IMG/VR virus record: IMGVR_UViG_3300032073_000001
Origin: an uncultured virus (IMG/VR IMGVR_UViG_3300032073_000001)
Taxonomy: Duplodnaviria; Heunggongvirae; Uroviricota; Caudoviricetes
Reading direction: 5' to 3' (one strand)
DNA length: 64,000 nt
Shown here one piece after another: positions 18,856-28,567 of the stretch (the first letter of the stretch is position 1; the number at the start of each line of letters is the position of its first letter). The position numbers were made by a program, and so were the translations under genes. A model generated the notes under the pieces. The model was not told the origin of the DNA, did no database searches, and saw nothing but the letters and a program-made list of their open reading frames with translations.

Positions 18856-19239
18856 CTATAAGTAAGTAGGACCATGTTGGTTGTTTCTGCCAACTGCGTA
18901 ACCATCTAAGAGATTTCCTCTTGCTGTGTTAAGAGCTGGGGCATTCCAACCTGCTGCAAGCAAAACATCACCTTCTTTGAAAGTAACTGATTTGATGCTA
19001 TTCGTCATTTTCCTTTCTTTGACGAATTCTTTTAAATTGATGAATCCCCATACAGATTGAGACATTCTATCTTCACCGTTAAATGTATCTTGCAAGATAA
19101 TTTTACAGTATTTTCTACCTGGCTCAAATGTTACGGTTTTATATTTAGCTAGACTAGGAAATGCGTCATCACCTGCGGTTTTGAGATCCACACACAGCTG
19201 TCTGATAGCATCTATTAGTTTTTCATTTTTCATAATCAC
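18856..19239 (-). CDS. conserved phage early hypothetical protein
   Basis: GRKYCKI, SVWGFI, GDVLLAAGWNAPA...RGN, GPTYL; strong promoter and RBS. Confidence 0.75.
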   Translation of the reverse strand: MIMKNEKLIDAIRQLCVDLKTAGDDAFPSLAKYKTVTFEPGRKYCKIILQDTFNGEDRMSQSVWGFINLKEFVKERKMTNSIKSVTFKEGDVLLAAGWNAPALNTARGNLLDGYAVGRNNQHGPTYL

Positions 19240-19265
19240 TCCTTACTTTGATTTAATATAGGCCT

Positions 19266-19317
19266 ATTATACCATAGTATTCCGGAAATGTACATGCTTT
19301 TTTTCACTTTTTTTCAC
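19266..19317 (-). promoter_or_regulatory. strong early promoter with phased A-tract UP element
   Basis: (GTGAAAAAAA)2-GCA-TGTACA-17 nt-TATAAT. Confidence 0.85.
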
Positions 19318-19356
19318 AAAAGTGATATAAATGTCACTTTATTGCACTTTTATGGA

Positions 19357-20016
19357 CTAAATAATGTCGTCTAGGGGGAAGATTTTATAGATTACATCAC
19401 CGACAGCTTTTGCTATTTCCATATGTTCTTGCTGTGTTCCATGTGCAGATCTTAATTCTACATAATGGATCCACGATCGCAATGTTCCGTTTACATACAT
19501 TTTGCTCATAGTTAAACCTTCTGGTAAAACTGCTCGAGCTTGTTCTTTGGCTATGCCAGCTTTCAATGCCCAATCGTATGCTTTCTTGCATCTTGCAATA
19601 ATCACTTCTTGATATGATTCCCATATATAATTAATAGAATCATCGTGATCTAATGGAATAGAATTCTGTCTATTTTTGTGATCTTGTAATCTTGCTTCTC
19701 GTGTAGTAAATGCAACATCCATATCTTGGACATCTGCATATCTTTGAGAATATTCTTGAAATGAGAAAGATCTATGTCTTAAGATTTGCCTTGCGATATC
19801 TCTTGTGGTTTCGATCTCTAAGCAAACATTAACCATTTCAAGAGGTGACCAATGTTTGTGTTTAATTAAATATTTTACAAGTTTCTCTGAAGTCTTTTCA
19901 TTGAATTGACCTTTTGGGTTTGAGACTCTTGCACAAAAAGCAACCAACTGAAGAAGATCGCCTTGTATTTCGAATTCTTCAGCTGGTTGCGAGTATGATA
20001 TAAGTTTTACGTTCAA
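19357..20016 (-). CDS. thyX: flavin-dependent thymidylate synthase
   Basis: HWSPLE, RHRSFSFQEYSQRY, EQARAVLP. Confidence 0.95.
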   Translation of the reverse strand: MNVKLISYSQPAEEFEIQGDLLQLVAFCARVSNPKGQFNEKTSEKLVKYLIKHKHWSPLEMVNVCLEIETTRDIARQILRHRSFSFQEYSQRYADVQDMDVAFTTREARLQDHKNRQNSIPLDHDDSINYIWESYQEVIIARCKKAYDWALKAGIAKEQARAVLPEGLTMSKMYVNGTLRSWIHYVELRSAHGTQQEHMEIAKAVGDVIYKIFPLDDII

Positions 20017-20051
20017 ATCACTTAATCCTTTGTGATTAATATATGTATATA

Positions 20052-20669
20052 TTAAAAGTTAAATGCAGTTGAAAATACGATAGAATCCATAGCTTGGCCA
20101 TGTCTTACACCGTCGTAAACTGTTACACCCACAGAAAGCTTTTCATTAATATTTTTGCTTGCTGAAAGTGATAGGAAATCATCACCGTCTTTATGTTTCC
20201 CGTAACCGAGTTCCATATCGACAACATTGATAAATGGTACACCTTGATGTAATTCCAAATATCCTTGATCTCTATTATCTGCATTAACATAATATGCTAA
20301 ACGAGTATGTCCTACTCTGCCTCTGACAAAAATTTCTTCTGTGTCAGCTATATCGGCATCGTAATTATACTGAATAACACCTGCTCCTAGGACAAAATTG
20401 TCCGTGAGATTTAAATCATATCCCCCGTACAAATCATATTCCCAGTCTGCAGCATTGCCAAGATCTACTTGACCTGCCCATGCTCCTGCATAGAATCCAT
20501 TATTTTCATAATGTCCCCTTACATTAAAGCTTGGGTTACCCGCATTCTGTGAAACTCCTCTCCAGAAATAATCTGAATCAAGTCCAACAGTGAATTCGGT
20601 ATCAGCTTGGATTGCAAATGATGGTATCATTAATAGAGCACTTAATAGCGCTGTTTTCATATTCATCAT
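20052..20669 (-). CDS. TorF/Gcw_chp-family putative outer-membrane porin
   Basis: signal peptide ending AIQA, SDYFWRGVSQ, EYDLYGGY, C-terminal Phe. Confidence 0.8.
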   Translation of the reverse strand: MMNMKTALLSALLMIPSFAIQADTEFTVGLDSDYFWRGVSQNAGNPSFNVRGHYENNGFYAGAWAGQVDLGNAADWEYDLYGGYDLNLTDNFVLGAGVIQYNYDADIADTEEIFVRGRVGHTRLAYYVNADNRDQGYLELHQGVPFINVVDMELGYGKHKDGDDFLSLSASKNINEKLSVGVTVYDGVRHGQAMDSIVFSTAFNF

Positions 20670-20851
20670 TATTTCTCTCCTTGTACGAGAGTATAAACTC
20701 CCCATGCTAAACCTACCCACGCGAGTAGTTTGGCAACACCACCAAAAAGTAACACACAACCACATATTACAATAAGTAATACTCCGTCATGTGATGTTCT
20801 TTCGGGCATTCTTGCCACTAGCCAATCTTTGGCTTTAGTAAATATATTCAT
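20669..20851 (-). CDS. small two-TM membrane protein
   Basis: ERTSHDG followed by two hydrophobic segments. Confidence 0.65.
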   Translation of the reverse strand: MNIFTKAKDWLVARMPERTSHDGVLLIVICGCVLLFGGVAKLLAWVGLAWGVYTLVQGEK

Positions 20852-20862
20852 AGATTTCTCCT

Positions 20863-22272
20863 CTATATTTTGAATTCGGTGAAGTCTTTACTTTCCCTAT
20901 CACCGAACGTATTTATCGGTCCAGTATCTGGTGCCATGTCAGACATGATATCAGACTGTGCCGACTCCTCTACATCGTATAATTTCATTCTAGACCTATC
21001 TATACCAATTACAAATCTTTTGTATTTAGTAGGGTCATTATAACGATTTTTCAATTGTTTTACCATCAGTTGGCCTAAACCTTCAAGTTCCTCTGTTGAA
21101 ATGAGAGCAAACATTAGGTCAGCCGTAGCTGGTAATCCAAATGATTCCGAAGTGTCCTCTAAACCAACATCTGTATTACTAAAACCAGATCTGGTTGTTT
21201 GCGTTGCGCTAACAATAGGGACATTAAATTCAACCGCCAAACCACGTAGCTCTTCAGCTATTGCTTTGATATATGAATAGGTATTTATACTTCCACCTAA
21301 CCCTCGGACGCGACTAGATGCACAAATGTTTAAATAATCTATGTAAATAATATCAGGTTTGAAGTTCTTTTTGAGCTTTAACTCGTTGAGTAATGCTCTG
21401 AAATGTCCAGTATGGGCTGCACCCGTTGGATATTCCTTTACAATTAGTTTACCTACATGTCCATGAGCAATCTTTGAAATCTTTTGGTCAAAGACATTCT
21501 TAGGCATATTTTCTAATTGTTCTATTGGGAAATTCATAAGATTAGCATCTATTCTTTCTGCGATGCGTTCTTCTGCCATTTCCATTGTTATATATAAAAC
21601 GTTTTTACCTTGATCAATATTTGCTGCTGCACAATGACACATGAATAGGGATTTACCTACACCAGTACCAGCTAAACAAATATTCAATGTTTTATTCGGT
21701 AAACCGTCTTTTGTAATTTTGTTAAAATAATCTAAATCAAATGGAATTCTACTTTCGACTTTATTATAAAATTCATATCTATCGTCAGAATTATCTATAT
21801 AATCGTGTCCAATATTAGGATCAAAAGACACACCAAGAGCATTAGTGAGTATTTCAGGAATAACTCCTTCACCTCTCTCGTCGTTAGATTTTCCGTCGAT
21901 AATTGATATTGATTCCATGATCGCATTATAGACAGCCTTTTCTTGACACCATTTTTCGCTTTCTCGTATAATGTACTCATGATCGATATCTGATTTTTCC
22001 TTACATTCATGAATAAGTTGATTAGCTTGATTTAACACATCTTCTGGTGCATTAACTTTTTTCAACTCTAATTCTAATACTTTTCCTGACGGTATCTTAT
22101 TATGTGCATTTACAAAATCAACAATAAGATTGAATACAACCTTATGGCATCCTTCGAAATAATCTTTTTTAAGATACGGTATTACCTTTCGGCAATATTC
22201 TTCATCATTGATTAAGTGGCTCAGTACGTGAGTCGGTATTTGTGTCGATATGTCCAATTTTTGCTTTTCCAT
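20863..22272 (-). CDS. 41: replicative DNA helicase gp41
   Basis: AGTGVGKS, YITMEM, IYIDYL, ESFGLP, QLKNRY. Confidence 0.95.
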   Translation of the reverse strand: MEKQKLDISTQIPTHVLSHLINDEEYCRKVIPYLKKDYFEGCHKVVFNLIVDFVNAHNKIPSGKVLELELKKVNAPEDVLNQANQLIHECKEKSDIDHEYIIRESEKWCQEKAVYNAIMESISIIDGKSNDERGEGVIPEILTNALGVSFDPNIGHDYIDNSDDRYEFYNKVESRIPFDLDYFNKITKDGLPNKTLNICLAGTGVGKSLFMCHCAAANIDQGKNVLYITMEMAEERIAERIDANLMNFPIEQLENMPKNVFDQKISKIAHGHVGKLIVKEYPTGAAHTGHFRALLNELKLKKNFKPDIIYIDYLNICASSRVRGLGGSINTYSYIKAIAEELRGLAVEFNVPIVSATQTTRSGFSNTDVGLEDTSESFGLPATADLMFALISTEELEGLGQLMVKQLKNRYNDPTKYKRFVIGIDRSRMKLYDVEESAQSDIMSDMAPDTGPINTFGDRESKDFTEFKI

Positions 22273-22552
22273 TATTTAGTGAATCATACATAACATAAGA
22301 TAGAATATCACCTAAGTGATTTTTAAATTCTATATCAGCTATAAGTTCATCGTGTTCAAATTTGCCGCTATCAGTAATAGTATAAGTAAAACTCATAGTA
22401 GCAGTATCTAGCTCAGGTGTTTCTTTAATTGATACACTTCCGTATATAAATTGTACTCCTTGCCATTTTCCAGTTTTTAATTCGACTCCGTAGAAGTCTT
22501 CTGTTTCTTTTTCCAAGAATACAAAATCGGCATCACTAATGTCAGTCCTCAT
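22205..22552 (-). CDS. hypothetical protein (position of T4 gp40 between uvsX and 41)
   Basis: synteny only. Confidence 0.6.
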   Translation of the reverse strand: MRTDISDADFVFLEKETEDFYGVELKTGKWQGVQFIYGSVSIKETPELDTATMSFTYTITDSGKFEHDELIADIEFKNHLGDILSYVMYDSLNNGKAKIGHIDTNTDSRTEPLNQ

Positions 22553-23603
22553 CTATACTCTCCGTTCCATCGATATTTACATCCAAAAGCGGTTTATGTC
22601 CGATTTGGTAATGACCTTTGATGAATTTTTTGAAGTCTGTTCCTTCAAAAATTGGTGTCCAAAAATCCTTCTCAAGAGTATCTTTCTCTCTGACTTTCGG
22701 GTCAATAAGTTCTCCAGTTTCACGGTCAACTCTGCAATACCAACCGTTAGAAGGCTTAGCAACGTAATTACCAGCAAGAGCAACATCCAACAGACCACTG
22801 TAACGCTCAATCCCACCTTCCCAGCTAACTGCGATAGGTACTTTAGATTTTTCTTTAACAAAACGCGATTTCTCCACATTGATTACAAAATTGTAACCTT
22901 TTATTTCGGTACCTTGTTTATTTTGTTGGCGACCGAGGATCCAAATATTATCAGCTGAGTAATAAATTCCTGTACCACCTGAAACGATAGCTTTAGGAAA
23001 TAAGCCGATTTCTTGATATGTATGATTAACAGCCAATAAAGGAATGTTTTTCATAGTTAGATATGGAGTTGCCATTCTAAATAATCCTTTAAGAGCTTTT
23101 GCTCTTGACATATCTGCTACACCTTTTTCATTTAGTGCATCTTCTAATTCTTTCTTCGAAGCCAAATTACCAATAGAATCGATAACAATACAAACTTTAT
23201 CTCCTCTTTCAATATTATCTAATTGACTAACGAGATCAAATTTAAGTTGTTCTACATCTGTGATTGGTGTATGTAATACTCTACTAGTATCTATACCAAA
23301 AGATTCGAAATAGTTCTGAGGAGAACCAAATTCTGAATCATAAAATAAAAGAACTGCATCATCATGTTCTTTTAAATATGCACCTGCCATTAGCAGCGCA
23401 AAGCTTGTTTTAAAATGTTTAGATGGACCAGCTAATACTGTTAAACCAGAAGTTAGTCCTCCATCAACATCACCAGATAAAGCAACATTTACCATTGGAA
23501 CTTCGGTAACTACTATATCTTGTTCTTTAAAGAATACCGAATCAGACAAAACATCTGTTGTTTTGATTTTCGAATTCTTTTTCAATTTATCCATTATACC
23601 CAT
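22542..23603 (-). CDS. uvsX: RecA-like recombinase UvsX
   Basis: GPSKHFKT, YDSEFG, DSIGNLAS. Confidence 0.96.
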   Translation of the reverse strand: MGIMDKLKKNSKIKTTDVLSDSVFFKEQDIVVTEVPMVNVALSGDVDGGLTSGLTVLAGPSKHFKTSFALLMAGAYLKEHDDAVLLFYDSEFGSPQNYFESFGIDTSRVLHTPITDVEQLKFDLVSQLDNIERGDKVCIVIDSIGNLASKKELEDALNEKGVADMSRAKALKGLFRMATPYLTMKNIPLLAVNHTYQEIGLFPKAIVSGGTGIYYSADNIWILGRQQNKQGTEIKGYNFVINVEKSRFVKEKSKVPIAVSWEGGIERYSGLLDVALAGNYVAKPSNGWYCRVDRETGELIDPKVREKDTLEKDFWTPIFEGTDFKKFIKGHYQIGHKPLLDVNIDGTESIDED

Positions 23604-23606
23604 ATC

Positions 23607-23867
23607 TTACCTCCAGTGGTTCTTTTGCGGTCTTAATTTCATGGCACTTTCTTGCCTTCTCCAACGTGCAATACCTTCGGCTTTTTTGCGTTTACGTTTT
23701 GCGGTTGGTTTTTCATAATATTGTCTTTTACGACACTCTTGAACTATTCCTGCTCTTTCACAAGCCTTTTTGAATTTGCGTAAAGCTACATCAAAAGGCA
23801 TTGGTTTGGCAGGTCGTTTATCCCGAGGATTTCTATTCTTTCTCGGTGTTAAGTCTATACTTGGCAT
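23607..23867 (-). CDS. rpsU: phage-encoded 30S ribosomal protein bS21
   Basis: [10 protein letters not shown]...[16 protein letters not shown]. Confidence 0.88.
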   Translation of the reverse strand: MPSIDLTPRKNRNPRDKRPAKPMPFDVALRKFKKACERAGIVQECRKRQYYEKPTAKRKRKKAEGIARWRRQESAMKLRPQKNHWR

Positions 23868-23879
23868 GTTTCTCCTAGT

Positions 23880-23887
23880 TATTTATA
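23880..23887 (-). promoter_or_regulatory. T4-type late promoter upstream of bS21
   Basis: TATAAATA then AGGAG RBS. Confidence 0.75.
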
Positions 23888-23899
23888 CATATGGGGTAT

Positions 23900-23928
23900 A
23901 TTATACCATAAAATCAGACAATTGTACA
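23900..23928 (-). promoter_or_regulatory. sigma70-like promoter
   Basis: TGTACA-17 nt-TATAAT. Confidence 0.8.
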
Positions 23929-24845
23929 TGGTTATTTCCCCATTCTTTTCGTCTATATACTTCTGGTGAGAGGTGAACCGATGAAACACTTTCCATCTTT
24001 TCTTTGGCATATCTTTCCCCGTTTAAAAGTAACCATTCCTCAGGATACTTTACCCTCTGCATTCCGAGCTCATCCATCGTTGTGGTCCACTCGGTTACTG
24101 CATCCATTCTTTGCCATCTTGTTCCCCAGAATGGTTTGTCCTTATAATACCCGGTTTTTGGTAATCTTCTTTCTTCAGTTTCAATTGGCCATGGAGTAGA
24201 ATATTCTACCGGTATTCCTAAACTATCTCCAAATTCTTTCCATTTTTGTAACATTTCTCTAATATCAACATTTAGCCTACACACATGATGTCTTATGTCG
24301 ATATTACCAAACGACATAGTAATTCCCTTTGGATCACATTCTGCCATATGTGATCTAACATATTCGAAATTATTATTAATTTGACCATTTAATGTTAAAC
24401 CATCAGTTTTGATAACCATTGAATTATGTGGTGCATAAGCTGCAGTATGTGAATCACCAATTGTTAACCATGGAAGTTCAAATAGATCTGTTGATTTTAA
24501 CGGTTTTACTTGTGCACATTTATCTGATATTTTATCACACCATTCTTTATCTTTTACGTCTTTTCTTTTCTTTAACATCGCACCGTAATCTGGCATATCA
24601 ATATCTAATGAATATATTACGTTTGCTTGTAAGAAGTTATTGATTCTTTTTTCTAAGTCTTCATTAAAACCAGAGAATAAATTAAGAGATCCACCAAAAT
24701 TAACACCATGATCTAAATACAACAAATCTGTTTGTTCACCATCATGATTGATTTCAACGCCTAAATTTTCTGACCATGTTCTTGCCCAACCATATCCATG
24801 ACTATTCTTTTTTCGAGGTATTTTATTAAATGTGCCAGTTATCAT
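23901..24845 (-). CDS. SGNH hydrolase/acyltransferase-domain protein with extra N-terminal domain
   Basis: IGDSH (block I), GNIDIRHH (III), SVHLS (V). Confidence 0.65.
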   Translation of the reverse strand: MITGTFNKIPRKKNSHGYGWARTWSENLGVEINHDGEQTDLLYLDHGVNFGGSLNLFSGFNEDLEKRINNFLQANVIYSLDIDMPDYGAMLKKRKDVKDKEWCDKISDKCAQVKPLKSTDLFELPWLTIGDSHTAAYAPHNSMVIKTDGLTLNGQINNNFEYVRSHMAECDPKGITMSFGNIDIRHHVCRLNVDIREMLQKWKEFGDSLGIPVEYSTPWPIETEERRLPKTGYYKDKPFWGTRWQRMDAVTEWTTTMDELGMQRVKYPEEWLLLNGERYAKEKMESVSSVHLSPEVYRRKEWGNNHVQLSDFMV

Positions 24846-25717
24846 AAATCTTTATCCCATTTTCTATAGCTATCAACTGTTTCATATAGTGTTTCATCTT
24901 GTAATATCGGTTCTGCACCAACATTCCAAAATAAAATATCTTTACCTGTATTTTTTGGAATATATCTCCATGCTTTTGCATCGTATGTTCCTATACTTGG
25001 AAATGGAGGCATTTCTTCTTCTTTAATCGAAGTAGTAAATGCTTCTGGTGCACTTATGATTTTTGCTCTACCGGTTTCTCCTGCTTTCATATTTCTTGCA
25101 ACTGCAACCGCAGTAAATTTAGCATTTGGCCATGCGATTTGAAGTGCTCTTGAAAGTACACCCGTAGATATAACTGTATATACTTCTTCTGGTTCTGGTA
25201 TACTTCGTGCAACTTTTACTAAACCTGCTGTGACCATTTTATGTTTTAGGCCTAATGGAACAAAATAATATCCATTCTTTTTTGCATCTTCTTGAGCAAT
25301 CTTATTTAAATTAGGCATTGCTGCTATTCGATGAAAACTTACTTCGGCTCCTCTTTCTATGCAACAAGCTTGATGATGTGATATTCTTTTACTAGAAGGC
25401 ATATATAATCTTACTTTTTTGCCGTGTTTTTTAGCAACATCAAGTAAACTTACACCTGCCAAACCGGTACGTGGTTGAACATATGCAATGGTATCCTCTT
25501 GAACACCACTTATTAAACAATCTCCGCCTCTTACTTTTGTTCCTGTAATAACGTCATCTCTTACAACTCTAATTCCATTGTGTTCTATGACACATGGTTC
25601 CATATATGGATCTGTCCAATCTTTGGCTAAATCTAAATAATATTCAATAGCTTCATTAGCTTGCATCATACCAATATCTTTATTAAATCCATCTTCGATA
25701 TGTTTATTATGACTCAA
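24842..25717 (-). CDS. PLP-dependent fold-type II enzyme
   Basis: VVRDD..GTKVR PLP-lysine motif, STG, YDAKAW, FWNVG; TTG start with AAGGAG RBS. Confidence 0.8.
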   Translation of the reverse strand: MSHNKHIEDGFNKDIGMMQANEAIEYYLDLAKDWTDPYMEPCVIEHNGIRVVRDDVITGTKVRGGDCLISGVQEDTIAYVQPRTGLAGVSLLDVAKKHGKKVRLYMPSSKRISHHQACCIERGAEVSFHRIAAMPNLNKIAQEDAKKNGYYFVPLGLKHKMVTAGLVKVARSIPEPEEVYTVISTGVLSRALQIAWPNAKFTAVAVARNMKAGETGRAKIISAPEAFTTSIKEEEMPPFPSIGTYDAKAWRYIPKNTGKDILFWNVGAEPILQDETLYETVDSYRKWDKDL

Positions 25718-26669
25718 GTTTAAACTCCTTTGGAAAAATCCAATCTCTTGGAATTCTTTTTGTTGGTCTTTTTGCACCTTGAGAAATTGCCATGTGCTTA
25801 TAAAAGAAACATGTTTTATCTTCAATATTCAAAAGCTTTTGTCTTACCATTGGATTGCGTGGATCTTCGACTAATTGTTGCATTTGATCCATCCATATTT
25901 CTGCAGCTTCGTTTTCTGGTATAAAATGACCATCAACAATATTATATTTTACTTTACCGTTAAGATTTTTACCACCAAATATTTGTTGCATTCCATCAAA
26001 ATGACCTGTTCCTCCAAATAACACAGATTCAGGATCAACTTGATGCGGCCATGTCATAGCCATATATCTTGCGAAATTCTTACATGGGTACAATGGAGAT
26101 CTAAAACCTTCTTCTTTAAAATATGCTTCAAACGTTTTTGCAAGTTCCATCATAGTCCATGGTTTTTGTCTTTCGTCTAAAACTTTATGCATTTTGTGTG
26201 CACATTTAAGAGGCGCATCGATTAACCATTGAGCAACTTTTGTTCCTTTTGGATAATATATTTGAAATAAATCAGATCTTGCATGACGATTTCTTTCAAA
26301 CCTTTGTCTTAATCCTTCTTGTCCATTATTGTATAATGCTTTAAACGTTCCCCAATGTTCATTTGAAAATGAGAAAGCAATTGTGTACCAAATCTTTTCG
26401 AAATTTCTTAACTTTATTTTACTTCCTTCATTCTGTAAAAATTCTACATATGGATGTTCGTCCCAATGTAATCTATGCGAAAATATTTGAAAATCATCTT
26501 TTAATAAATCATCTTTTCTTTCATCAAACTTATCACAAAATTCAAAGAACTTTGCTTTACGTTCATCGAGAGTATATTCTTTCATCCATGTTTCTGTAGG
26601 TTTACCTTTCTTCATAGGAACCTCAACAGTATTTGGATATATTATATTATGTTCGTTAGGAAATAGCAT
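25707..26669 (-). CDS. putative DNA base-modification enzyme (5hmdU kinase/aGPT-PPlase-like helical fold), paralog B
   Basis: motif order DDLL...VDPES..GGTG...EDKTC..YK shared with neighbour; operon context. Confidence 0.5.
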   Translation of the reverse strand: MLFPNEHNIIYPNTVEVPMKKGKPTETWMKEYTLDERKAKFFEFCDKFDERKDDLLKDDFQIFSHRLHWDEHPYVEFLQNEGSKIKLRNFEKIWYTIAFSFSNEHWGTFKALYNNGQEGLRQRFERNRHARSDLFQIYYPKGTKVAQWLIDAPLKCAHKMHKVLDERQKPWTMMELAKTFEAYFKEEGFRSPLYPCKNFARYMAMTWPHQVDPESVLFGGTGHFDGMQQIFGGKNLNGKVKYNIVDGHFIPENEAAEIWMDQMQQLVEDPRNPMVRQKLLNIEDKTCFFYKHMAISQGAKRPTKRIPRDWIFPKEFKLES

Positions 26670-27813
26670 TATACGATTTTACCATTGCTTGGTATTCTTC
26701 AACTCCAATATTATTTTCATTCAAAACTTTTAGATCCGAAGGATGAGCAGTTATTCCATTAAAGGTTTTTACTAAACCTAAATCTAACATTGCTTTCTGT
26801 CTTCCTCGAGGATGATCTTTAATGTCACTACTTGACCATATTTTATCAAAATCTAAGTGAGCATAGTCTGCTCCAGGTCTTATATAGTTTTCTACCCATC
26901 TTATATAATCACAACAAACATCTTCTGCATTATAAGGAACACTTCCTGTATCTTCAAATATTTGTGTCATTACTTCATCTAAAAATTCTTCTTTCTTTAA
27001 CTTATTATTGTTTTCGCCGAGATATGAAATACATTCTACTGCATTGGTTCCATAATAAAACATACTTTCTCTATTAACAAATCCTGGAAACCAATCGGCA
27101 ATATCGGCCACAACTGCTGCATATTGAAATGCATATCTTCGTAATCCGTGTTGTTGATTCCAACTTAACATGAATTCTCCGATTTCTCTGAGGTCCTTTC
27201 TTCCATGCGTTTCTAAAAATCTTGCTAATTCGTATGCAAGTTTAGGTACATATTCACAAAGAAAATAATCTCCACCTTTCTTATATTCATCTGTAGGTTT
27301 TGGAAATGCAGGAAATTGGTAACCAACTGATGTATAAAATGGTTTTCCCATTTTACCTTCAGCTTTAATTATTTGTTTCATCTCTTCTATATTATCTGCT
27401 AAATGCATTTTAAATAATATTGTATTATGATATCCAGAAGGTTTTGTTGCATAATTAATTGCACTTCCAGTTATTCTATGTAATATAAACAAAAATAACC
27501 AAGTGTCTAAATCGTGTTTCTTTCCTGTCCAATTATTAGCTACGAGTTCCCGTTGAGGTGTGGCTTCCCCCGCCTGCATGCGGGCCCAATAAGGATGATC
27601 TTCTGTCCATCCATAAAAACAATCATTAATTATTTGTGAAAATCCTGCATACTTACGTTCTACAACATCGTAAAGTTCAACGTTATGCATAAGATCATCA
27701 TTCATACCACTTTTCATATGTGGCATAAAATTTGGAACATTACATTTTTCTTGTTGATCTTTTGCTAGATAAAAGTATCTTATAAAATCATCATAATATC
27801 GAGTTTTTATCAT
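26656..27813 (-). CDS. putative DNA base-modification enzyme (5hmdU kinase/aGPT-PPlase-like helical fold), paralog A
   Basis: DDLM..V.LYDVVER, FQY..VVADI, VNRES..YGTNA, EDVCCDYIRW. Confidence 0.55.
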   Translation of the reverse strand: MIKTRYYDDFIRYFYLAKDQQEKCNVPNFMPHMKSGMNDDLMHNVELYDVVERKYAGFSQIINDCFYGWTEDHPYWARMQAGEATPQRELVANNWTGKKHDLDTWLFLFILHRITGSAINYATKPSGYHNTILFKMHLADNIEEMKQIIKAEGKMGKPFYTSVGYQFPAFPKPTDEYKKGGDYFLCEYVPKLAYELARFLETHGRKDLREIGEFMLSWNQQHGLRRYAFQYAAVVADIADWFPGFVNRESMFYYGTNAVECISYLGENNNKLKKEEFLDEVMTQIFEDTGSVPYNAEDVCCDYIRWVENYIRPGADYAHLDFDKIWSSSDIKDHPRGRQKAMLDLGLVKTFNGITAHPSDLKVLNENNIGVEEYQAMVKSYNAIS

Positions 27814-28109
27814 ATAATGCTCATTAAATTACGTAATAATAGAATTAGTCCTGCACCATTTAATATTATAAGAGCTCTATCATTCCATATAATTGCAACC
27901 CATAACCATAGACCAACACCAATACATGATAATGATACATCGGCTAATGCAAATCCATCTAAACCTCGCATTGACATCGCAGTTAATACAAAAATACTTG
28001 CGACCCATTTAATATACCAATCTTTTGTATATTTTGGTGTAGCAGATTTAAATATTCTTTTTGAATGTTTTAATTCTTTTTCGTCAAATTTTCTCTGTTC
28101 TTTTGTCAT
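27810..28109 (-). CDS. small multi-TM membrane protein
   Basis: WYIKW, three hydrophobic segments, WNDRAL. Confidence 0.7.
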   Translation of the reverse strand: MTKEQRKFDEKELKHSKRIFKSATPKYTKDWYIKWVASIFVLTAMSMRGLDGFALADVSLSCIGVGLWLWVAIIWNDRALIILNGAGLILLLRNLMSII

Positions 28110-28567
28110 TTTTTCATCTTAATAAATTGATAAGGAATTCCTACTTCTTTTAATAAGTTTTGTGTATGCGCACATGAAACTTTCCATTTTTCTGGAGTTG
28201 CACCATCATAAGGAGATACAACTCTTGTAATTCCAACTTGAACTATTGCTTTTGCACATTCATTACACATTGGTAATCCATACACATATAATGTAGCTCC
28301 ATTTAATGATACACCATGAAACGTAGCATTATAAATGCAGTTCATTTCTGCGTGTACTACATATCGATATTTTACATCTTTATCATTATATCGATCATCG
28401 TCCTTTACACCTCTAGGAAATCCATTATATCCTTGAGATAATACTTGACCTTTATCACCTACAGCAACAGCACCAACTTGAGTACTTGGATCTTTACTCC
28501 AACTTGAAACTTGTTTCGCCAATTGGAGATATCTTTCATCCCATTTAAATCCTACACCTTTATTCAT
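28106..28567 (-). CDS. cd: dCMP deaminase
   Basis: SKDPSTQVGA, GYNG, HAEMN, CNEC. Confidence 0.93.
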   Translation of the reverse strand: MNKGVGFKWDERYLQLAKQVSSWSKDPSTQVGAVAVGDKGQVLSQGYNGFPRGVKDDDRYNDKDVKYRYVVHAEMNCIYNATFHGVSLNGATLYVYGLPMCNECAKAIVQVGITRVVSPYDGATPEKWKVSCAHTQNLLKEVGIPYQFIKMKK

